A DNA stretch of 54,267 bases from a virus (taxonomy: Duplodnaviria; Caudoviricetes), in IMG/VR virus record IMGVR_UViG_3300022181_000119, positions 1 through 54,267 of that record, one strand, 5' to 3'. The position numbers were made by a program, and so were the translations under genes. The notes beneath the pieces were generated by a model, which saw only the letters and a list, made by a program, of their open reading frames with translations, had not been told where the DNA came from and made no database searches. Position 1 is the first letter of the stretch. The number at the start of each line of letters is the position of its first letter. Shown here one piece after another: positions 28,200 to 37,236 of the stretch.

Positions 28200-28503
28200 G
28201 CACGATCACCTCCCTGTGTCTGGGATAGGTGAGAATCCGGGTGACTTCGTACCTCTTCGAGTCGATCTCGACGCGATCGCCCTGAACAACGTCTTCATCG
28301 TTGTGAAGAAAGAGAGTCCAGTAATCCATGTCCTGAAAGGCCGTCTCGGTCACGAGATAGTAAGCGTTGTGCCTGCTGGTTATCCCGGGCTGGAAGGAAC
28401 GGTCCTCGATCTGAAAGGTGTGTATCGTCTCGGTCCCTTCTATCCAGTTGCCGTTCGCATCTAAATACCCTTCGGCCTTGCGGAATACCGCGACGTTCTT
28501 CAT
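28183..28503 (-). CDS. Head closure (stopper) protein
   Basis: GYLDANGNW and DVVQGDRVEIDSKRYEV; synteny. Confidence 0.6.
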   Translation of the reverse strand: MKNVAVFRKAEGYLDANGNWIEGTETIHTFQIEDRSFQPGITSRHNAYYLVTETAFQDMDYWTLFLHNDEDVVQGDRVEIDSKRYEVTRILTYPRHREVIVHESAV

Positions 28504-28823
28504 AGCGACGTCATCCTCGTGCGCCTTCGATACCTGGCAGAGATCTCGGCTATCCGTCCCTGGATTCCCGATATATCGAGAGTCTTTGCGTATGCGCCTT
28601 CCTTGAACGTGTTGAATTTCGGATCGTCGGGGTTTCGGAGAACGGCAAGCAGGACCTCCCTTTCCGAGAGATCGAGGTACTTCTCGTGAAGAGAGTCCGA
28701 GGGATCGTATGCGAGAGACGAGATCCCCCCTGCTAGAGCTATGAATTTCGCGTATGTGTCGTCCGCGAACAACTTGTTTTCGTCATCCGCCATTCTCAGT
28801 TTCAACGCTTCTATGAACGTCAT
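28500..28823 (-). CDS. Head-tail adaptor
   Basis: Synteny, helical 107 aa; start trimmed to MTFIEAL. Confidence 0.55.
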   Translation of the reverse strand: MTFIEALKLRMADDENKLFADDTYAKFIALAGGISSLAYDPSDSLHEKYLDLSEREVLLAVLRNPDDPKFNTFKEGAYAKTLDISGIQGRIAEISARYRRRTRMTSL

Positions 28824-28827
28824 TTCA

Positions 28828-29010
28828 TCACCCCTCTTTTGCTTCTCCGGATTCCTCCTCGACGATCTCCATCGGCATGATGTAGCCCTTTTCCTCAAGC
28901 CTCTTCACATCGCTTTTCTTCACGTCGGAGATCTGGCCTCTCTTGAAGCGTTCCTTTCCGAACTTCACGTTCATTAGCCACTTGGCCTTTATCGTTGATT
29001 TCTTGGCCAT
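28828..29010 (-). CDS. Small head-associated protein
   Basis: GAGGAGG RBS; FKRGQISDV..VKRLEEKGYI, after the MCP. Confidence 0.55.
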   Translation of the reverse strand: MAKKSTIKAKWLMNVKFGKERFKRGQISDVKKSDVKRLEEKGYIMPMEIVEEESGEAKEG

Positions 29011-29034
29011 TACAGTTCCTCCTCTCAATAACAA

Positions 29035-29054
29035 GCCCGCCGGTGAAGGCGGGC
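29035..29054 (-). terminator. Hairpin terminator after the major capsid gene
   Basis: GCCCGCC-N6-GGCGGGC followed by TTGTTATT. Confidence 0.55.
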
Positions 29055-29077
29055 CGGTTTATCGATCGTTGCCTGGA

Positions 29078-30124
29078 TTAATCGGTGTGAACGGTAGCTA
29101 TGAACACAGTGTCGATCCCCTCGAAGGAAGGAAGCCCGATCATGGAGACAACTGTCTCGACGTTGACAGGGATCTCGACCTTTTTCAGGGATGTGAGGGC
29201 CACTCCGGTATTCACGATCTGAACATCGGCATTGGCGGAGGTCATGAGATCGGATTCCTCCGGTGTCGTACCGAACACGCTCGAGCCGAGAACTCCGGCA
29301 GGGAAGAGGGTGAACACGTTGTCAGGGAAGAACTGCACCGCAGATCCGCTCGCACTGTACTTCTTGTTATACACAGCGATCTGAACTTTCGTGTGCTTCT
29401 CTATCACCATTCTGATGTTCTCTTCGGTCTTCATGAGCTTCAGCTCTTCGAGTTCTTCCAGTATCCCGGCGTTCTGTATGAGATACAGGAGCGTCGCTCT
29501 CGAACATATAGCCCTGTTCGGTCTGATCCCGGTGTCATCTTCGATCGCATCACACCAATCCTGGATGTCCTGGATCGGGGTCGAATCGTCCAAGTCCGAC
29601 CACATCGCGGTGTTCTCGAGCGTTTCCAGGTGGTCGCTATCGAACTGGTAGTCGTAGTCGAGGGCGTTTCCGTTCTCGGTAATCGCTATCTTTCCGGTCG
29701 AGAGGAGCTGCATCCTCATTCTCTCGAACACGACCTCGGCGGAGTCGATCAGACCGGCAGCGTCGTCGTAGATGTTTCTGACGATCATTTCGATGGCTTT
29801 CTCGTTGCCGCTCGCGATGACGTTGTTGAGGTTCTGCCTGTCCTTCTCGGTGATCATCATCGCCTCTCTGAAGAAAGGCATTTCGGTGACGAGCCTGTCG
29901 AAGCCGATCCTGTCTCTGAGCGTCGGCTTGGTGTCGAATGCCGAGGGTTTCAGGGAGACAGGAAGGCCCTTCGAGCCTTTGAGCCAGGACAGTTCCAGTC
30001 CGAGCTGTTTCTTCCCCGGGAAGAGCGTCGCGCCGAGGTAGGGGATTCTGTTTGAAGCTCCCTCTATCCAGTAGGCAGCGATCTCTTTAGCTGTTACGTA
30101 GTCGAATATAGTCGCCATTGTCAA
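29078..30124 (-). CDS. Major capsid protein (phage capsid E family)
   Basis: YLGATLFP, EMPFFREAM, ERMRMQLLSTGKI, FGTTPEE, LPSF. Confidence 0.88.
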   Translation of the reverse strand: MTMATIFDYVTAKEIAAYWIEGASNRIPYLGATLFPGKKQLGLELSWLKGSKGLPVSLKPSAFDTKPTLRDRIGFDRLVTEMPFFREAMMITEKDRQNLNNVIASGNEKAIEMIVRNIYDDAAGLIDSAEVVFERMRMQLLSTGKIAITENGNALDYDYQFDSDHLETLENTAMWSDLDDSTPIQDIQDWCDAIEDDTGIRPNRAICSRATLLYLIQNAGILEELEELKLMKTEENIRMVIEKHTKVQIAVYNKKYSASGSAVQFFPDNVFTLFPAGVLGSSVFGTTPEESDLMTSANADVQIVNTGVALTSLKKVEIPVNVETVVSMIGLPSFEGIDTVFIATVHTD

Positions 30125-30131
30125 TCACCTC

Positions 30132-31223
30132 TTACACGTCGAAGAACACGATTCTACCCGCGAGGGCAGCAACCGCGTCGTCGCATGGATCTTCGTCGAG
30201 TTTGGATTTATCTATGAATCCCCAGACGATCATCTGTCCAGGAGCATCACCGTGAGTCACGTCCACGTCGTGGAGGAGGACACCTTCAGCTTCGAACCCG
30301 GAACCTTCGTCGCCTCCAGCAAGGGGAGTTGCGGCAACGGCTATCGCAGCCGTGGTGTCGGGATCTCCTTCTCCGGTAGCTTCTGCCTCGATTATCTGGC
30401 TCGCGTCGAAGTGATCGTTGATAGCCTCGACGACCTCGGTCACGGTCGATACGATATCTCCGGCGATTTCGGCAGCTCCACCTGCGAGTGCAGTTCCGAC
30501 ATGGGCCTCGACTACCGTGGTCCCGTCTCCGCTGTATGTTGCGGTTACGAGCTGTTTGGCTATCAGATGAGCGTTGATAGCGTCTGCAACGTTCTTGGCA
30601 GTTGACTCGATTGCGCCAGCGCTGCCGGTCTTGAGGGAGACGACGATCGTGTCCCCGCTTATGGAGACGGCGAGGTCCTTGTCGTTATCGGATGGATCAA
30701 GGAACTGAACCTTGATGCTGTTCCCAATCGTCCCGGCTTCCTTTGCAGTCACAGTCACTTTCGAGTTCGCATCCGGCGCAGCGTTGTCGAAGTCTTTTTT
30801 CGCGGCCACCGCGGCAGTCCCGTCAGTCTCGAGGTTGACGATGATAGTCTCTTCGTCTATCTCGACCGACAGCGGGCTGTTGATGACTCCAGGATTTTTG
30901 AGCTGGATCTTGAGGTCGTTCCCGGCCTCTCCAAGCTCGACGGCTGTTACGAGTATTCCAACCTCAGCGTCGGGCGTGTTGTCGATCTCGAGTTCCACGC
31001 TGGCCGCTACGGGCGGATCGTTCTTCTCAACCACTGGTTCGGTCGGATTGTCAAGCACCGACTGCGAATTCCCTCCGACGATGGTCCCGGCCTTGACGAT
31101 GTACTTGCCTTCGTCGTTGACTATCACGCCGGTCTTATCGACGAGAACAGGGGTCGCTATGAATTCGTTGTGCTTGAGAATCGTCTTCGTGGCATCATAG
31201 CTTGATTTCTCAAATTTGCTCAT
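30132..31223 (-). CDS. Head decoration protein with nested inserted domains
   Basis: Core GKYIVKAGT ... AEGVLLHDVDVTHGD..WGFIDKSKL split by about 235 aa of insertion. Confidence 0.75.
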   Translation of the reverse strand: MSKFEKSSYDATKTILKHNEFIATPVLVDKTGVIVNDEGKYIVKAGTIVGGNSQSVLDNPTEPVVEKNDPPVAASVELEIDNTPDAEVGILVTAVELGEAGNDLKIQLKNPGVINSPLSVEIDEETIIVNLETDGTAAVAAKKDFDNAAPDANSKVTVTAKEAGTIGNSIKVQFLDPSDNDKDLAVSISGDTIVVSLKTGSAGAIESTAKNVADAINAHLIAKQLVTATYSGDGTTVVEAHVGTALAGGAAEIAGDIVSTVTEVVEAINDHFDASQIIEAEATGEGDPDTTAAIAVAATPLAGGDEGSGFEAEGVLLHDVDVTHGDAPGQMIVWGFIDKSKLDEDPCDDAVAALAGRIVFFDV

Positions 31224-31238
31224 AGTTCTCTTCCCTCC

Positions 31239-31931
31239 TTAATTGCCGAAGTATTCTTTCTGAGCTTTCACGATTTCTTCGGCCTGTTTTCTTTCTGCTG
31301 CGAGTCTCTTTCCTAAACTGCTAGCATCTGTCGGAGCGACTTTTCCGGGCTTCACGATTCCGTCCGGCCCTTTCTTCTTCAGCTCTTCCAGGTGCGCAGC
31401 CTTCGTCTTTTCAATGTTGCTTACCAGAGTCCCGATGCTCTTGAGAATCGAGGGTTCATCTTCTCCGGTCACGAGATCTCCCCAGAGGTTGGGGTCAAGC
31501 CCTTTCTCCCTCAGCTTCTCTCTCGTGAGGCTCTTCAGCTTCTCGACCTCGTATTCTTTTTTGAGAGCTTCACGCTGCTGTCGTTCCAGTTCGAGAAGTT
31601 CTTTCCACTTCCCGTCGGCCTCGAGCTTCCCCTTCTTGATTTCTTCTTCGAGTTCTTTTCTCGCCTTCTCCCTCGCTGTTTGAGAAGCCTTTGTAGCCAT
31701 GCGGTCAAGCTCGGCCTGTTTCTCCTTTTCGAGCTTGTCCCAGACCCCTTTCGGGATCTTCACGCCCTCGAACTCGATGAAGGCTTCAGGCTCGGTCTTT
31801 TTCTCCGGTTCTTTCTTCTCGTCCGGCTTTGGATCTTTCTTGTCGGTTCCTCCACCTGTCACAGTCGGATCACCCCCGTCCGTGATCGACTGAAAGACTT
31901 CCTGGAGTACCCGTCTTATGAGTTCTTCCAT
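31239..31931 (-). CDS. Capsid scaffolding protein (DUF4355-like)
   Basis: Low-complexity charged N-terminus, coiled coil, LGKRLA C-terminus; precedes decoration and MCP genes. Confidence 0.7.
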   Translation of the reverse strand: MEELIRRVLQEVFQSITDGGDPTVTGGGTDKKDPKPDEKKEPEKKTEPEAFIEFEGVKIPKGVWDKLEKEKQAELDRMATKASQTAREKARKELEEEIKKGKLEADGKWKELLELERQQREALKKEYEVEKLKSLTREKLREKGLDPNLWGDLVTGEDEPSILKSIGTLVSNIEKTKAAHLEELKKKGPDGIVKPGKVAPTDASSLGKRLAAERKQAEEIVKAQKEYFGN

Positions 31932-31997
31932 TACTCATTCCTCCCTTAAATTAAGTTGCGTTAACTGATATATAATTAACGAATGTTCGTGACATGA

Positions 31998-32906
31998 TTA
32001 AACTGCCCTCAAGGGCTTGAGAATCGTTGTGTAATAACACCGGCAGTGCGGATGGGGCATTGTCGGCACTTTGTCGGCAGGATACGCGCCCGGTCCGAGG
32101 TCGTAGAGATCCGCCGTCGCCAGATTCTCACAGACAGAACAGTCGTACTCGGTTCTCGAGCGGTTCCACTTGATCCCCTTTACGAACGGCAAACTCTTGG
32201 CCTGTTCCACATACGAGGTCCTGTATGCCCTCTGAATCTCCGTTCTCGCCACCCTGGTCGCGTTGTAGTCGAGCTTCTTCTTCACGTACTTCTCAATGGC
32301 TCTTTGAGCGTCTTGAGGTGCGAGATCGGCTATGAATCGCTGCATCTCTTTGGAGAGTTGAACAGGCTGCTGGTCCGCAAACTCAAGGAACTGCTTGCCC
32401 AGAGATCTTGCGGATTTCCCGAGCTGGATATTCCTCGCGATCGTGTTCTCCATCGTCCGTTGAAAGTTGGCCGCGTCTCGCCAGATGCGATCCGAGAGTG
32501 TCAGACCGTCCTCCGCAACGAACTTGAGCCACGAAACCGTCGCAGGCTTGTTGAAGTCAAGGAACTGGACCCATTGAGAACCGACCTGCTGATACACTGC
32601 CCCGGAGAAGATCGAGTACACATTCGATCCTCTCTCTACCCTGAACTGTTTCGGGACCTGTTTCTCTATCTCTCGAAGGTACGCCTTCCTTGCCGCGACC
32701 TCCGTCTGGGGCAGAACGTCATCGAAGAGTCCTTCGAGTTTGAGGCCGTACTCCTGAGCGATCGCGCGTATCTTCTTCTTCAGCTCTGGCGAGAATTTCG
32801 GGATGCGTGAATCTATTGCCTCTCTCATGGATTCGAGAACGGGTTTGAGGACCTCTTCGAGATACCGCCTGTCCCATTCGCTCATGAGAGCGAGATCTGC
32901 TCTCAT
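31998..32906 (-). CDS. Minor head morphogenesis protein (SPP1 gp7/Mu F-like)
   Basis: LSDRIW, RVARTE, CSVC and PHPHCRC. Confidence 0.85.
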   Translation of the reverse strand: MRADLALMSEWDRRYLEEVLKPVLESMREAIDSRIPKFSPELKKKIRAIAQEYGLKLEGLFDDVLPQTEVAARKAYLREIEKQVPKQFRVERGSNVYSIFSGAVYQQVGSQWVQFLDFNKPATVSWLKFVAEDGLTLSDRIWRDAANFQRTMENTIARNIQLGKSARSLGKQFLEFADQQPVQLSKEMQRFIADLAPQDAQRAIEKYVKKKLDYNATRVARTEIQRAYRTSYVEQAKSLPFVKGIKWNRSRTEYDCSVCENLATADLYDLGPGAYPADKVPTMPHPHCRCYYTTILKPLRAV

Positions 32907-34207
32907 GGATTACCGCCTTCCTCCATCTCCTGAAGAGTCCCGGCCCTGAGGACATTGGCCGAGGTTTCGTTCTCCTGCTCGACCATCTCCCAGACTTCTT
33001 CAGGAGTCTCGTCTATGTCAAGTAAGCCGACCACGAGCTTCGAGCCGATCTGTTTCGGCAATAATCCGGCTGCTATCGCTTCTGAGATGATCCCTATCTT
33101 CTCGCCAGCGTCTTCGTTGAGGACAGGTTGGAAGGAAACCTCGACATTCCAGTTGAAGCCGAGCATCTTTCCGGTCATGTTCCAGATGTCCTTGAGGGAT
33201 TCTTTGAGTCTGGATCGGTAGTCTTCGATGACGGAGACTAGATCCGTTAACTTGAGAGAGATGGCGTAGCCCGAGAGCCCTGAGCCTGAAACTATCTCGG
33301 CCAGCAAGAGTTCCGGGTATTCCTTCATCAGGGCTTGCTTGATCCTCTCTTTCTCCTCAGCGGCGGTCTTCATGACGTTGCCCTGCATCTCGAGGTACTT
33401 GGCCGTTCCCTCTTCCATGTCCCATATCCGGGCGTACTTTCTCGATTGCTGCTGCGTGATGTGCTCGAAGCCTTCCTCCTGGTTCGTGTGTTCGTTCTGG
33501 GTGTCGTCCTCTATCTCACCGAACTTTCCCACGATCGGAGGGTTCGCGTGGAGGTCCGAGATCTCTCTGAGATCCCATTCGAGCTTGTTCACCAGGTCGA
33601 TGGAGTCGGCTATCGAATCGACCCTGCCGAGCCCGATTGTCTCGTCCTTGCCCGAGAGTCCGAAAAATTCGATGAAGGGAACGAAGCCCCAGGCGTTGAC
33701 ACCGGATTTCTCTTCGATCTTCTCGCCTCGCATGAAGTATTCGAACTCCGTCTCGGAGATCTTGATGACTATCGGATTCTCTTCGTCGTCGAAGCCGTGA
33801 AGTTCGACGTATGTGACCTGCCCGGAGGAATCTCTCTTGACTTCCTTGACCTGCGACTTCTCGTACATCACGAGGTCGATCGACTTGACGGCCTTTCCGT
33901 CGTTCACAGGTACAGCCTGAACTCCGACGTATCCCTCCATGAGGACGAAGAGGGCGATCCGGGTCTTGAGAAAGTCCCAGTTATTCCAGTCCTTCAGAGC
34001 CTCGAGGGCTGCGTCATACCTTTCCTCGACCGTGAGTTTCAGCCCCTTCAGGAGCAGGGCTTTGTCGGTGTTGATGATCTTCCTGACGGGGTTGAACACC
34101 TGCGAGACTGTCCTCGTCAGGTTTCGGGCCTCGTTGTATTCTTTCGTGTAGGCCGTCTTTCTTTCGTACAGCCGCCACAACACTTCAGATTCTTCCATCT
34201 GCAACAT
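32903..34207 (-). CDS. Portal protein (SPP1-like)
   Basis: Follows TerL; WGFVPFIEF and SGYAI; size. Confidence 0.75.
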   Translation of the reverse strand: MLQMEESEVLWRLYERKTAYTKEYNEARNLTRTVSQVFNPVRKIINTDKALLLKGLKLTVEERYDAALEALKDWNNWDFLKTRIALFVLMEGYVGVQAVPVNDGKAVKSIDLVMYEKSQVKEVKRDSSGQVTYVELHGFDDEENPIVIKISETEFEYFMRGEKIEEKSGVNAWGFVPFIEFFGLSGKDETIGLGRVDSIADSIDLVNKLEWDLREISDLHANPPIVGKFGEIEDDTQNEHTNQEEGFEHITQQQSRKYARIWDMEEGTAKYLEMQGNVMKTAAEEKERIKQALMKEYPELLLAEIVSGSGLSGYAISLKLTDLVSVIEDYRSRLKESLKDIWNMTGKMLGFNWNVEVSFQPVLNEDAGEKIGIISEAIAAGLLPKQIGSKLVVGLLDIDETPEEVWEMVEQENETSANVLRAGTLQEMEEGGNP

Positions 34208-34211
34208 AGAA

Positions 34212-35684
34212 TCACCTCAGTCTCCTGACTCTAACTCTCGTTCTCGGTCTTTCCGCTCCCGAGATCTGTTCGACCAGTCCTGTAATTGCGTCGGGAGCGT
34301 CGTCGTGTTCGTTTTTCCCTTCCTTCTGGTAGTTGTTCATGGCCGAGAAGAAGTCGGGCCATCTATCCCGCCAGTTCCAGGGGAAGTACACGTGTTGAAC
34401 GACGTAACTGCTGCTGGACAGGATTCTCGCCTTCTTGTTCTTCGATTGATGGAACCACTTGATACCTGGTTTCCTGCTCTTGTGAGCCTCCCAGAGGATT
34501 CTCTGAACACTCCGAGCGAATCCACGACCTCCGTTGTTCGATTCGATGATGGCCTCGTCAACGTCGTGTTCGTGAAGTCTCCGGGCAGTCTCGGGTTCGG
34601 TGATTTCCATCGCTTCCTTCGTGTAATAGATGTCGAGAATCCAGGCTTCTTTATCTCTGACACCCGCGATGATGTTACAGAGATAGTCGTCGCCCTGGTC
34701 GGCAGTGTCGGCATAGGCTATGATCTTCTCGAGCTCTTCAGGCGTGGAATTGTAGAGAAGGAAGTTCGAGTATAATTTCCCTTTGATATCTACCGGCTCC
34801 TGATGGAAGTTCGCTGCGAATATCGCCGGGTCCATCGTCTTCTTCAGCTCTTCGTATCTCTGCTTCGAGAGAAGGTCTTCGCACAGCATCTTTCCCTCGT
34901 GAATAGCTTCGTGTTTCATCACGTACCAGTCGTCTTTCATGTCGCTTTCGAGAAGTCGGCCGCATATATCGCCTTTGGCCCATCGGGTCATGCAGATAAT
35001 TTGCAGACCCGTTAAATGACCCGATTCTCTCTCTAGATCTTCGTGAGTCTCCATTCTCGTTGCAAATGTATTGGCCCACCAGTCCCATTGACGTTGGAGA
35101 GCGTTCTCGTTGAAGGCTTCCTCGACGTTCTTAATCGGGTCGTCGGTTTCCTGAATCGTGCAGCCCTTACCTGTCGCACTTCCTCCGATACCGACTCCCT
35201 TGTATGAGAAATACTGCCCCTCAAGACTCCACTTCATGTAGGAAGAATCGCCTTTCTTTATCTTCGTCTCAGGGAAGATGTCATTGTAGATGATGACGTG
35301 AGGCTGGTCTCTCTCTTCCTGGATAGCGTCTCTGGTGTATCTTGAAAAGTCGACGGCAACGTCATCGTTGTAACTGCCTGTCATGATTCGATTCCGGGGA
35401 TCTTTCCCGAGTATCCAGGCGTTGAAGAGGACAAGCGTCCTCGACTTCCCGAACCTCGGAGGCATATTGATCATGAGCTTCCGGTACGGCTGCCCGTTCG
35501 GCTTCAAGAGACGGCCTTCGTAGAGAGATTGCAAGGTGTTACAGAGGCCCTGCAAGTGATGTCGGTCGTCTCGATAGAAATCCGGAGCCTTGAGCTTGCA
35601 GAACGCCCAAAAGCTATGTCTTGCTTCTAGGATCGCCTCTAAAGCACCCTTCCTGAATTCAATTAACGTGTCGAGCGTGATCAT
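34212..35684 (-). CDS. terL: Terminase large subunit
   Basis: INMPPRFGKS, DDPIKN, MTRW, ESNNGG, HDDAPD. Confidence 0.93.
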   Translation of the reverse strand: MITLDTLIEFRKGALEAILEARHSFWAFCKLKAPDFYRDDRHHLQGLCNTLQSLYEGRLLKPNGQPYRKLMINMPPRFGKSRTLVLFNAWILGKDPRNRIMTGSYNDDVAVDFSRYTRDAIQEERDQPHVIIYNDIFPETKIKKGDSSYMKWSLEGQYFSYKGVGIGGSATGKGCTIQETDDPIKNVEEAFNENALQRQWDWWANTFATRMETHEDLERESGHLTGLQIICMTRWAKGDICGRLLESDMKDDWYVMKHEAIHEGKMLCEDLLSKQRYEELKKTMDPAIFAANFHQEPVDIKGKLYSNFLLYNSTPEELEKIIAYADTADQGDDYLCNIIAGVRDKEAWILDIYYTKEAMEITEPETARRLHEHDVDEAIIESNNGGRGFARSVQRILWEAHKSRKPGIKWFHQSKNKKARILSSSSYVVQHVYFPWNWRDRWPDFFSAMNNYQKEGKNEHDDAPDAITGLVEQISGAERPRTRVRVRRLR

Positions 35685-35691
35685 AATAAGA

Positions 35692-36141
35692 TTATTCCCT
35701 CTTGCCGATTTTCTTTAATCTCTCGATCTCTTTCTTCATATCTTCCTCGGTCATATATTGGAACTCCTCGAACATCTGGGTTTTGTTCTCATTCTTCGCT
35801 ATGACAGTAGGTTCGCCCTTGAGAAGTTGAACCTTGTCTATAAGAATTCCTACGGAAGTAGCAACCTCTTTGTAATTGGCCGAGTTTCTCTTGTCCGCCA
35901 TTGCTTGTAGGCCAGCGAGAATCTCCGCCCATGCTTTATCGATGAACTCTTCTTTTTTAAGGTCACGTATGTGCGAAGTGGAATCGCCGTTTCTCTCATT
36001 CCACCAGCGTTGCAGAGTCGGCTTGGATATTTTCGTCTTCTTGTGAGCCATAGTCCAGTTAGGATAACCAGTCTGATGGTTAAAGTTATTGGTCATAAAG
36101 CCAATAGCGGCTTCTTTGTCTTTGTCTGTGTACCTGGTCAT
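35692..36141 (-). CDS. terS: Terminase small subunit
   Basis: N-terminal HTH (ISKPTLQRW), GILIDKVQLLKGEPT; directly upstream of terL. Confidence 0.7.
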   Translation of the reverse strand: MTRYTDKDKEAAIGFMTNNFNHQTGYPNWTMAHKKTKISKPTLQRWWNERNGDSTSHIRDLKKEEFIDKAWAEILAGLQAMADKRNSANYKEVATSVGILIDKVQLLKGEPTVIAKNENKTQMFEEFQYMTEEDMKKEIERLKKIGKRE

Positions 36142-36158
36142 ATAACTCACCTCTGGTA

Positions 36159-36443
36159 TCAATCAGTTCTGATTTCCTTATAAAGATCCGGATTGTCGTT
36201 GATTATCTGATGGATCATGTTCGCCGTCCTTTCAATGAATCCTTCGTTGTTCGAAAGGCTGTGATCCCCGTTCATGTCAAGGATCGCGTGAACTATCTCG
36301 TGCCATAACATTCGCTGCATGAACTGGTATTCGGCTTTGGCAATCTTGATCTGACTGCTGGATTCGTATATCGCAGCATCGTTGTCGAGGGTTTCGTCTC
36401 TCGAAACTACTCTCACCTGGAAGTTAGTTCCGGCTATCTTCAT
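36159..36443 (-). CDS. Small HExxH metallopeptidase-like protein
   Basis: LWHEIVHAI...NEGFIE; AAGGAG RBS. Confidence 0.65.
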   Translation of the reverse strand: MKIAGTNFQVRVVSRDETLDNDAAIYESSSQIKIAKAEYQFMQRMLWHEIVHAILDMNGDHSLSNNEGFIERTANMIHQIINDNPDLYKEIRTD

Positions 36444-36460
36444 GTTCGCTCCTTTCGAAA

Positions 36461-36605
36461 TAGGTCTCACTGGTGATACCTATTTGCTATATATATTTAA
36501 GTATCTTTGAACCTTATCTCTTTCTTTATATAGTTCTAGGTCTCACTGGTGAGACCATAAAGGTATCAGAATTGAGACCTATATAAGTATCAGGAATGAG
36601 ACCTA
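36461..36605. repeat. Four 22-bp imperfect palindromes (G/A)GT(C/A)TCA-N4-TGA(G/T)ACC
   Basis: Copies start at 36461, 36537, 36560 and 36584; AT-rich spacer between the first two. Confidence 0.85.
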
Positions 36606-36902
36606 TTTTTCTTGCTCTGGAAGATAAGGAATGTAATAGTTCCTCTTCATGTTTCCGTCTATACCTTTCTTTATTTCGAGAAGGCCGACGAGCTGAAGTT
36701 TCTTTAATTGCCTCTGGATGGTAGCTTTTGATCGTCTCAGTTCCTTGCATAGAGTCTTGATTGTCGGCCACGCCTTACCTGTTTTGTAAGCATAGATAGC
36801 CAGCAATGCGAATAGTCTTAACTCTCCGTCTGTGAGGTTCTTAGAAGTTACTGCAAAATATGGAACACGGCCCCACATATTGTATTTGTCATCGATGCTC
36901 AT
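36603..36902 (-). CDS. Winged-HTH protein resembling the N-domain of a phage replication initiator (truncated)
   Basis: LTDGELRLFALL...KAWPTIKTLCKEL..SKATIQRQLKKLQLVGLLEI. Confidence 0.75.
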   Translation of the reverse strand: MSIDDKYNMWGRVPYFAVTSKNLTDGELRLFALLAIYAYKTGKAWPTIKTLCKELRRSKATIQRQLKKLQLVGLLEIKKGIDGNMKRNYYIPYLPEQEK

Positions 36903-36950
36903 TTTCCCCATCTCCCGTTTGCCTTTATTCCCATCTCCTGATGAAAAGGA

Positions 36951-37017
36951 AAAGGGCAACGTGTGCGATTGGAGATGGGAAATACCGCACGGAGTCGCGC
37001 TACTCCTGTTGCCCTTT
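36951..37017 (-). ncRNA. Putative three-way-junction regulatory RNA (C4/CI-like architecture)
   Basis: 10-bp closing stem, two internal hairpins, loop TTCCCATCTCC complementary to two downstream GGAGATGGG sites. Confidence 0.55.
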
Positions 37018-37090
37018 ATTTCCGAGCTGGCCCACATGACCAAAGCTCTAAAAGCCCACTAGTTTATTGATGCTCGCCTTTTCAGGCGGC

Positions 37091-37167
37091 TGGTAGGCAC
37101 GGATAGACTCGAACTATCACCCTTCTACGTATCAGATAGACGCTCTGCCTGGTTGAGCTACGTGCCT
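37091..37167 (-). tRNA. tRNA-Ile (GAT)
   Basis: Cloverleaf: acceptor AGGCACG/CGTGCCT, D arm GCTC/GAGC, anticodon arm TCTAT-CTGATAC-GTAGA, T arm GATAG-TTCGAGT-CTATC, encoded ACCA. Confidence 0.92.
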
Positions 37168-37236
37168 GCCTCACATGAGTAACTTACTCGCCAGTAACTT
37201 GATTAGCTTTATTTCACGAAGATAAAGCTGTGAGCC

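Noticed and set aside
26039-31223. Contractile tail inferred from the sheath-like motifs
   Set aside because: No full-length sheath or baseplate wedge genes; the long TMP and Dit/Tal layout indicate a non-contractile tail
19738-34228. Long plus-strand ORFs (e.g. 19738-20718, 26105-27106, 28943-30055, 33335-34228)
   Set aside because: Antisense shadows of well-supported minus-strand genes; no recognisable motifs
36461-36605. Palindromic repeats as a mini CRISPR array
   Set aside because: Repeats are degenerate and separated by only 1-2 nt in three of the four copies, so there are no spacers
37091-37167. tRNA-Ile as an attachment site or as decoder of the avd ATA start
   Set aside because: It is internal to the phage with no duplicate 3' end seen; GAU does not read AUA, and initiation uses fMet-tRNA
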